A stretch of 64,000 nt of DNA from a virus. The translations under genes and the position numbers were made by a program. Below, one piece after another: positions 18,801 through 27,600 of the stretch. The stretch is taken from positions 60,056 through 124,055 of the IMG/VR virus record IMGVR_UViG_3300010885_017276; one strand, written 5' to 3'. Within the stretch, counting starts at the first letter, position 1; every line of letters begins with the position of its first letter. The notes under the pieces were generated by a model. The model was not told the DNA's origin. It made no database searches and saw nothing but the letters and a program-made list of their open reading frames with translations.

Positions 18801-21629
18801 AAGTAGGAAAAACTCTACTGCTGCTTCTCTACCCTCTTCCTTTTCGATCCTGTCTAACTCCTCTAAGAATTTAGGTGCAAGTTTCTCAACATCGATCTTA
18901 TCTCCACCAGACAAAGCTGCCTCGGCATTCTTCTTATCGATAAAGGTCTTGTCTATCTTGTTGATTTCAAAGGCTAATGTAGCTTCCTCTCTAGCATCAG
19001 GAGATAACCTAGTATCTAGTTTATAGAACTTACCTGAAGACTCGATAGTTACACCGTCCTCCGGCATACTAACTTCTATGATACCTTTCTTAAGACCCCC
19101 TAATTCATCGTGTAATGATTTAGCAGTTCTTCTTCTAAGGTTAATCCCATCTAGGTTATGCTGATCTTGGTACTTGTATCTAGGTAGACCTTTTTCTGTT
19201 TTTACCCTTGCCATCAATTGACCTAAGTCTGTAGACAAAAGCTTCAAGAAGGTTCTAGTATTTTTACTAATGCCTAGGTCATCATATTCCTTTTCACGGT
19301 TTTCGTAGTATTCGTCTGTAAAGGAACGCTCAATAAAGGTGTTGATTTCTTTTGTAACAGCATTCTTATATTCAAACTCAGCGTCCTTATCTGTGATAGG
19401 TGCTATAGTACCGTCCTCTATTTTCTTAGAGATTTGTTCTATTGACTCTTGGCTTCCAGAGTACTGTTTGTATAGAGTAGCTCTAGTTTTAAGAACTTCC
19501 TTTTCAAACTTTTCCCAATCGTACAAGCTAACCACGTAACCATTTCCTTCAGAAAATTTAGCTAAGTCCTTTTCAAGGAAGCCTAACTCTCTGATTTTTT
19601 GTTGCCATTTTTTTACCCTAGACATGTACTTGTGCTCTGCATCTAAATTCATATCCGAGATAACACTACCCAAAATGTTCAATAATGGATCGTGAGCATG
19701 GGTAATTTGACCAAACCAAGAGTACAACAACTGAGTGTCCTTAGTTGCGTTTTCTATACCTTTGATCAAGTCATCTCTGTATTTATCATCAATACTATGT
19801 CTGACCATCAAACGGTCAACAACTCTGTTTAAGATGTTATTTTCTGTATTAGCTACCTCCCCCTTTACATTTGAGATTTCATCTAGTACATTTTTGATAT
19901 CCTCTTCCAAAGAAGACAATTCCGGATCTTCTCTAACTAATACTTTTAGTCGCTCTAATACAGGAGCAATGTTTTCTTTTAGGTTGTATAATACAATACC
20001 TTCTTCGTTAGACAAGGTCTCGCCTCTTTTTTGAGCATCACGAATAGCACCGGATAAATACACAGCGTATCGTTTGGCTAATTTTATAAGTTCTAGTCCA
20101 GAGCTTTTTGTCAAGGCTTTGTCCAAAGCGTCATTTAACCTCTGTACCTCTGCTGTAGACCCCACACCTGCTCTTATCAAGGTTTTCTCTTGGTCTAGTA
20201 GTACTTGTACCAACAACTTAGCTACAGTGGCCTTAGAGTCCAACATGGAGTTACCACTAGACTGTCCTGTCTGATACATTCTAAACTTTTTAGTTTTAGT
20301 TTGTTCAAGGTTAAGGTATTTGTTTATGTCTTGGCTTAATATTAAGTCTTCAACCTTCAGGGTCAAGTTTTCTAGGTCTCTTTTGTAGTCATCGCTAATG
20401 TTCAAACTATTAAAGAATTTTACAAACATGTCGTATATCCTTTTCAGGATATTGGCTTGTAGTTCTGTTTTACCCTCTGTGCTGAATCTAGTTTTCAAAG
20501 ACTTAGCTAACTCTTTACCAAGTACCTCTCTTCTTACAAGGTTTTCAACTTCTTCAGCTGACATACCGGGGTTCTCCCTTGTGTATATCTCTCTGTAGTG
20601 TTGAGAATGCTCTTGGTAAGCCTCTGTCTTATTTATGTTTCTAAGTAGGTTTTCTATCTCTGCGTTATCCCAAGCTTCCACAATAAAGTGGCAAGTTTCC
20701 TCTGTCAGTAATTCTGGTGCAATAACACCGTCTTTGAATGCTACGACTTGGTTTGCAATATCTGCTAAAGCTTCGGCAGATGGCTCTACACCATTGCGGA
20801 TTTTGTAATTAGCAATGTAGTCTTGTATAGACATTACTTTTACCCCCATACCATTCAATAAATCTAAAAGCTTCAAGCTTAGATCTTTTTCTGATACAGT
20901 CGGTGGTTCTATTTTTGTACCTCCGGGCAAAGCTTCTTTTACTGCGTTGTTGATTGTCATCTGTAACGCAATGTCCTTCCCGAATCTTTTGGTCAATTCC
21001 TCTAAGGTGGAGCTTCTTATTTCTGAGATAGTTACAATTTCGCCATTAACCTCGATGCTGTTTACTGCATCTCTTAGTTCTATTCTGCCATCAGTGTGAA
21101 GGGTTATGTTTTTACTGTTTAGATTAGTTACTGCGGACTCTTTGATAAGTCTTTCATTAACCATCTGTAGTGCAGGGTCATTACCTTCTGCCTTATGGAA
21201 AGTCTTGCCGTCTTCTATTATCTTTTCATCAGACAATATGCCGTCTTTTATAAAGCTGTTGATAAACCCGTTGAAGGTGGACTCGTTAGTATTAGAAGAT
21301 ACAGACATAAAGTTTTGAAAACCCTTTCCTGTTTCTATACCAATTTCTATTAGCCCCCCTGTGGAGTTTGTCAATGCTTCTTTATAAGTCTGGAATACAC
21401 TTCCTGTATCAGATCTAAAGGTCAAGGTTGGCTCCTCTAATTCAGGTTGGGATATTTCTTTTTTTTGCATACTCTGAGAGTATACGTTTTTGAACACCTC
21501 TAGGGCCTCTTCTAAAGAAGATACGTGGGGTAATCTAGCTATTTGCTTAAACAGCCTACTTTCAACTCCTTTTGGAGTAAGAACTGTTTTTATACTACCC
21601 TCTTCGTTAAACTTTATTGTACAAGTCAT
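15876..21629 (-). CDS. Very large putative virion/ejected protein with degenerate zincin-like (EETCH) domain
   Basis: 1917 aa, mostly helical; LLTEETCHF...E motif; N-terminus similar to that of the 2571-aa protein; hydrophobic segment near the C-terminus. Confidence 0.7.
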   Translation of the reverse strand: MTCTIKFNEEGSIKTVLTPKGVESRLFKQIARLPHVSSLEEALEVFKNVYSQSMQKKEISQPELEEPTLTFRSDTGSVFQTYKEALTNSTGGLIEIGIETGKGFQNFMSVSSNTNESTFNGFINSFIKDGILSDEKIIEDGKTFHKAEGNDPALQMVNERLIKESAVTNLNSKNITLHTDGRIELRDAVNSIEVNGEIVTISEIRSSTLEELTKRFGKDIALQMTINNAVKEALPGGTKIEPPTVSEKDLSLKLLDLLNGMGVKVMSIQDYIANYKIRNGVEPSAEALADIANQVVAFKDGVIAPELLTEETCHFIVEAWDNAEIENLLRNINKTEAYQEHSQHYREIYTRENPGMSAEEVENLVRREVLGKELAKSLKTRFSTEGKTELQANILKRIYDMFVKFFNSLNISDDYKRDLENLTLKVEDLILSQDINKYLNLEQTKTKKFRMYQTGQSSGNSMLDSKATVAKLLVQVLLDQEKTLIRAGVGSTAEVQRLNDALDKALTKSSGLELIKLAKRYAVYLSGAIRDAQKRGETLSNEEGIVLYNLKENIAPVLERLKVLVREDPELSSLEEDIKNVLDEISNVKGEVANTENNILNRVVDRLMVRHSIDDKYRDDLIKGIENATKDTQLLYSWFGQITHAHDPLLNILGSVISDMNLDAEHKYMSRVKKWQQKIRELGFLEKDLAKFSEGNGYVVSLYDWEKFEKEVLKTRATLYKQYSGSQESIEQISKKIEDGTIAPITDKDAEFEYKNAVTKEINTFIERSFTDEYYENREKEYDDLGISKNTRTFLKLLSTDLGQLMARVKTEKGLPRYKYQDQHNLDGINLRRRTAKSLHDELGGLKKGIIEVSMPEDGVTIESSGKFYKLDTRLSPDAREEATLAFEINKIDKTFIDKKNAEAALSGGDKIDVEKLAPKFLEELDRIEKEEGREAAVEFFLLNTSLGFSSEFWNGFDTSETMMTYIDSYAQGPNAEQTWIDEIEKYKSQLEERKAILKRYQDSKNYTNTLASEIPAEVKEHILRLSEDIDRSYNLLYTLFKDVAQVGEEKEATTESTPNQAYYEALQDNRRNTTEEKLDFNYKNMTPENRKKVRNFSDILDDFASGRHVSDKQKELIKKISGINELSQILPSDIDGLKLKYAESKLAPYYRAFSPIGVSDFYKSLKSGNQSVTDLVTTLNERADIKISNNFSYYEMGEIKFKNENYKSDFEGGSRQPKLSKFLNPKFVDMFGPKLDSNNNPILKDGKIQPTRNQKMFDLYTEYMEFQKESLRSYGELGLQNLYLAPQISKTKFQKIQGLLQGKKGALKDMWLDATRFRVDEQAFGAEFQGESLIKKANIRIIPKYFLKKLEASTDVSEDLFNTSALFAQQAELYRAKKERFSEFAVLNDKVMNRVYPDGKAAEATNTYKMFKSYMDYNLFGVKELKQWRVNLPFLGQVDLTKIVNWLHNWVKNNSLALNVVVPLTSWITAETTLFLEKLIGQYVDKGSMAMANREFLKISTPAISEGLDINSKAKLSVMGEYFGAFDLNARFENSMYNKGVRTLSKSMYILHTAANFVPLSKAMLSQLYGHRVFGDKLVDFKKFEELQKLSDPNITMDSIKSNWEKLKDKTLYSYLDIKDNSVTYNYDKLAQDMGKTNGEEFQKEFRNMELGVVSKVKKLIERIDGQIKNEERTQLQRHVLGGFTMTHKAWLSIGTSNRFKRKHLNMQTGQFEEGSYLSVMRTFTNTINKGVASKSFMGAMTELKNMYKNADETERENIRRVLIESSFMTALFLLTLSISGWADDDDDSMLAQATAYMFERTANETSSSQFGILGEFYSSSKEPIVGLSKIENLASVQNLFDTSLVDRGRYSGLTNQEAYLIKNLVGAKSYFDLYSAKNLKSQRDAYNHFNNSESFVPIAMFINKESLEEDENSEE

Positions 21630-21645
21630 GTTATATTATTTTAGG

Positions 21646-21676
21646 CAAAATTACAATTTTTATTTGAGACTGCAAA
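21646..21676 (-). promoter_or_regulatory. Bacteroidota-type promoter
   Basis: Minus strand TTTG-N19-TAATTTTG. Confidence 0.75.
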
Positions 21677-21686
21677 ATAAATTAAA

Positions 21687-24600
21687 TTATTTACAGTTAA
21701 AATACTCATTATTAATTTGCTCAAGTTCTTTTTTAGTATAGTATTGTTTTGACTCTTTGAATATCTCCGGTGAGTTCTCTAGATGTTGGTATTGAGAGAA
21801 GTCGATGTCCGACAAAGGTTTTTCAATATCTGTCAATTTATAATCTGTGTCTACATCAGGTAACTTGTTATAAAACTTCACATTACCAAATTGGTAAATC
21901 ATCTCGAATACCCCCACAGGAGTTCTCACGAAGGTCTCAGTTTCATTTTTAGTAGCCATCACACCATCCTCTAAGTAAGTGTAATTACCCTTTAGTTTTT
22001 TGACACTTTCAGGATTGTTTACAACATCTTGTCTTTTCTCTTTTTGAGAATCTATGTACTCTCCGGCTTTTTCTTGAGACTCTAGACCTAATTTTAGAGT
22101 TCTTGATAATACATCGTATTGTGCCAATGATTCTTTGAACTCTTCGGGTAAACTCAAGATAGCTTCTGATTTGTTTATCTCGTCATTTGCTATTAACTCT
22201 ATACCTCTTTCAGTAACTGTGAAGTACTTGTTGTTTGTTTCTAGAATCCATTTGTTGAAGTCTTTTATAAAGTCATCTTTCAACATCTCCGGATCCATAG
22301 TCAAATCAGTCAAGCCTTGTGTGCTAACTTTTTTAGTATTAATTACTAAAGGAAAGCCAAAGTACATCTTGTACAACAACATCTTTTCTAGCAATTCTGA
22401 ATCTACTTGAAAATCAGGTATCTCTAGTTTAGAGATAGTCTTTGACACATAGTTTTTCAAGTCTTCCACAGAGGTTATATTTCCTGGCAGTAGGTCAACA
22501 TTTTCCATCATGCTGTCGTACATATCTTCTAAGGATTGCTCTGTAACTATTCTGTAAACACCGTCTTGTTTCTTAACTAGGCTGTGGTCTCTGAATAATT
22601 CATACTCTGTATTTTCTGCATCCAAGAACACATCCGACATGTTGTCTGTTATTATTAACTCCTTTGAAGGCTCAGTTATGTCAAACATTGCATTGTACAT
22701 GTCAGCAAAAGTAGACAAGGTTTGTTCTGAAGGTTCTACTAATACATCCTCCATAGCATTCAAAAAGTCAAGTACATCCTCTCTACTGTGAGTAATAGCT
22801 TTTGTTGCTAAGTCTCTCAGGTCAATGCCGTTTTTAGCAGCATCTTTCTTTATTTTATTCAAGATTTTGCCAATAGCATTTCTGCTCTCTTCCCAAGTCT
22901 CTTTTCTAATAGAGCTGTTAAGGAAATCAATATTTTCAGACATACTTCCATTGTAATCATCTGTGATAGTGTTTGCAATACTACCTATGGTGCTTGGTAA
23001 TTTATCAACAAGTTCCCCGTTTATTACAGTCTTTACTGGGACTGATTTTGTGGTTTTGTTTAAGTCGTCTACCAATGCTTTGAACTCTTTGTCTTGAGCA
23101 TATCTTTCAGCCAATACCCCATCTAAATTAGCAGGGATTTCTTCTGGTGCTACATCTGATACAGCATCTGCTATCTCTCGTTCTATCTCAAAAGGATTAG
23201 AGGATCTTTGTTTACCAAGTGAGGTTAATTCAGAAGACATAGGGATTACAAAAATAGGGTTATACTCTACAGAAAACTCTTCTGTGTTTCTAAGCTTTAA
23301 TAGAGTCTCTCTTATATTTCTTTGAATATCCGGAGAGTTCAATATCATATCTATCTCGTAATCATTATACATCTTACTTCTTTCTAGCTTCATTCTGCTG
23401 AATGTTACAACACCCTTTGTGCTTAAAGCCTTCATCAGACTTGTGTATAGATCCTTTGAATTAGTTAATCCAAACCCTAACATAGCGTTTTGTACATCCA
23501 TTACCTCTTCATTTTCAAGAGCTTCTGTTTTAGCAGAGTTAAACTGTAAAACTGTGCTTGCATCAGGTTCACCGTTTTTATCAAAACCTTTTGGTGAAAC
23601 AGGTCTAGCTTTTCTAATCATTTCAAACCCTGATGTATTTCGGAATCCTAGAGAGTTATAAAAGTCTCCTAGTTTATCTTCGTCTGTAATCCCACCATCT
23701 CTTGAACTTACTGCTAAGTATACATCTTTTCCAATTGAATCTGTATACTTCAAGAAAGCTTCTGCTGCTTTTCTAGCGTTTCCGTTTCCTTTATTATCAG
23801 ACTCTAGTAATTGAAGTTCTATCTGTCCTGTGTCTTCTCCGGTGATAGGGTTTATTCTATCAGCAGCAAACACCCTAGCACCATTCATATCTACGACTGG
23901 TTTTCTAACATTGCTACTACTAGTAGTAGTAGTTTGAACTTTCGGCTCTTCTACTCTATTATCTTCTACTGAGTTAGTTCCGTATTTTTCTTGAACTTCA
24001 GATAAAAGACCTGACCTTTGAGCTGATGTATAGTACCCTTTAACTATATCATTATTACTAGCTGTCACAATGTGGTCTAAAACTGTTATGCTGAACTTTT
24101 CTAATTTTCTAGAGATATCTTTTACCGAAGAAAAATTATCTTGATTACCGTAAAATATAACACTTTTAGCAATTCCAAACTCTCCTATAAAGCTAGTCAA
24201 TTCTTCGTACTCAATACCATCTTGAAAAACGTAGTTTCCAATAATTTTATTATTTTGGTCTAAAATAAGAGCTGCATTTTTAGGCATAGCTGAAAATCTA
24301 AACTGTTGTATGACATTAGCGGAATCTTCAGCTCCAGCCACTTTACCTAGAGGCTCTGATAAAATCTCTTGCTCATTAAGGGTATAAGTAGTTAAGTTTT
24401 CCTTTTTACCTTCTGTTTCAACTCTGGCTACACCTTTTGCTGATGTTAGTCCAAACTCATCTAATATAGTATATTGTTTACTATATGTATCCATTATAAC
24501 ATGCTCCAAAGAAATGTTTAATTCTTTTAGTCCAGAAGCCACTCTTGAAGTAATTTCTGAATCAGCCGCACTTGGGTTTAAGTTACCACTTGGGTGATTA

Positions 24601-27600
24601 TGTACAAGATACACTTTTTTAGATTTGAATTTATTAACCCCCGAAAGAACTAGTCCGGGATCAATAACTGTACCTGTAGATCCCCCAACACTTAAAAATT
24701 GGATATGTGATTTACCTTTAGCATCCGTATGAACTGCAAATGCATGCTCTACAGATTTGTTTTCTAGTAAGCTCATAATCTCAGCTACATCAGCAGCATT
24801 CTTTACTCTAGTTGTACCAGTAAATTGTAAATCTTTGGATTTATTCCAAATACCTTTTACTGAACGAAATACACCGTTGATTTTATCTCCCTCCCATTGT
24901 ATTCCATCTCTTGAGTCGTAATCCACATCTCCAGATTCTGATAGATAGGATACTCCACTTTCGGTTGTTGCTGTTGTTGATCTTCCTTCATATTCTTTTG
25001 CTCTTTTTGGTTTTGATAAAGCAGATTTTTTGTTTTTACTATCTAATAGCATTTTACTATAGATATCTTTTATTCCAGGGTTTAATTCGTTGATGTCTCC
25101 AAAATAAGCTATTGCATCTTTTATAACTTCAAAGAACCAATCTTTTAGTCTTTTGAATATACCGTCAATATCTCCATTTAAGTTGGCACCTTCATATATG
25201 TATCTTTCAGCACCTTTTGCAAAAGCTTCTCTAAATTGTTTTGTGCCTTTTTTATGTCCGCTCCAATCTTCTACAATTTTAACTTCTTGTGTTGTTAATA
25301 CATCTTCATATTTATGTGCTAACTCATGTACAGGAGTTGTTACATCTGCATTATTTTTATCTAATAATATTAATGTAGATTCCTCTGTTCTTACAATAGC
25401 CCCTCTTCTATCTTGTTTGTCTATAGATACATCAAATCTATCGCTAGATACATCAAACCTAGTTGATGAAAGAAGATTTGGTACCTTAACGGCACTATTA
25501 ACAATCCTTAATTTTTTATCTATTTTAGTAGTTGGAGGTAATAGTTCGTTTTCAGGAATCTCAATTGTACAGTTGTCAAATTGTAAATCATACAAAAAAG
25601 TTACATTTTTTCCTATGTTTAATACTCTATTATTTTTATTTATATCAGAGTCTTGTATTACTATATCAGCTTTTATAACGGAGTTATCTGGGATATCTAT
25701 CACTGCAATAGCTCTATCACTAGATATAAATCTAACAATAAAATCTGCATTTTCTGGTATAAAGTCTATATCTGTATTTTCAAAGTTGACAGTTCGGAGA
25801 AAATATGCATCTTTTATTTTTTCCATACCGCCACACTTTTCAAAAGTAGTAGTCGAGCCAAATAATGTACCTCTGCCAAAATTGCTATCTCCAAAATATA
25901 TACTTTGGAAGTCTACAGTATTGTAAAACACAACATTATTCCCAACATTAAATTCCTTTATTTTTTCAAAAATCGCAAAACCTTCTTTATCAGCACCTTC
26001 ACCAGGTAACATACCTATTTTAGCTTCCGATTCTATATCTAATTTAATAAGATTTTCTAAAGCAATCCTATTTATTTTTGCCCCTTTAGATATTCTTAAT
26101 GCAGTATTTGAATTACTCCAGAGTCCCGTACCCTTAAAACTAAGATCATCTATTTGTACATCAGGCTCTATAACAAGTAATCCTCTACCATTATGAGAAC
26201 TAAATTTTTTAAGTTTAGTTCCTTTTTCTATATTAAATTTTCCGTCAAAAGTTATATCATGTAGTATAACTTCTTCTAGACTAGAACTTTTACCTATAGT
26301 AAAATTTTCAATAATGGGAGCATTTGTTAAAATTAATCTTTTAATTTGAGCCCCATTAGTTATATTAAGATCATTTCTTAGATGCACTTGATTAAGAAAT
26401 AATTCTGATATCTTAGCTGTAGACGGGATACTAAAGCTTTTAGGTAACCCATCTAATCCTGGAAAATCAGCTATATTAAGAATTTTAAAATCTACATTAT
26501 CTGGTATAGTAAACCCCTCTTCAAAATCACAAAGGCTTAATTGTATAGTTGAACTATTTTTCATACCATTTGGAATTGCCCCTTTTGGTAAGTTTGACTC
26601 AGAAATTGTGATACCCATCCTAGAATTACTATCATTTGGCAATTGAAAACCCTTGTTGAGATAGCATTTGTTAATATATACTGATTCTAACATATTATTT
26701 TCCAACAAAGTAAAATCTTCAAAAGTGGTGTTAATTGCTGAAAAACCACAACCTGCATATTTAGGTATACTAAAACCTTTTTCTATTTTTGAACCTGCTA
26801 AAAATATCTCCCCTATGCTAGAGGGGATTACAAAATCTTTTGATATTTTAGAATCATCAATTCTTAGCGCACCATCTATTCTAGTACTTTTAGGTATTGT
26901 AGAATCTGTTATTGGGATTGTTGAAATGCTTAACCCTCTTTCAAAATGTAAATTTTCTAAGAATTTAACACCTTTCGCCTTAAAAGATCGATCATATTGG
27001 AAAACATCTTTAAAGACACATCCATTACCAATAACTAGATTTCCAGATATATTAGATCCATCAAGAGAGAAATCTGTTAGTACAGAGTTATCTTCTATAA
27101 TAAGATTCTTAAAATATGAATTTTCAATTTTAATAATCGCCTCACCTAATTTTGGTAATATAAAATCATCCTTGAATACAACATTTTCTAACCCAAAAAA
27201 CCCGTTTACTTTTCCAGAATTTCCAAGTTTTAGTTTTAAATCTTTTGAATTTTTTACTCTAAGTGCCTCAGTTTCATAATTGTCTCCTATTTCAAAAGAG
27301 GCCACATTTTTAATATTAATTGTTTTTTTGGAATAAAAGTTTTTTCCTATTTTTATAGATGACATAAGATTCTTAAATTTATCAGAAGTCTCAAACTCTA
27401 TATCTGTTGCACTTACATTATCACCAATAATAATTTCAGAAGCATTGTATATAGTTATATCACCTGTTACTTTTAAACCATTTGGTAAAGTAACTATATC
27501 TTTTTCATCCGAAGTATAGATAGTAAGATCACCAATTATAAGTTGATTTTCTTGTATGTCAAATCCAGTTATTGTATTTACACTAGTATACTCTCTGTTA

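Noticed and set aside
24450-24820. JAB domain as the protease cutting the xxGG motifs
   Set aside because: The motif is RadC-type (HNHPSG), a clade usually linked to nucleic-acid substrates. Nothing in the sequence ties it to the GG proteins, so it is not claimed.
24915-24935. DVDYD as an RNAP DxDxD catalytic motif
   Set aside because: It lies in a low-complexity linker between the HExxH and JAB domains, without RNAP-like context.
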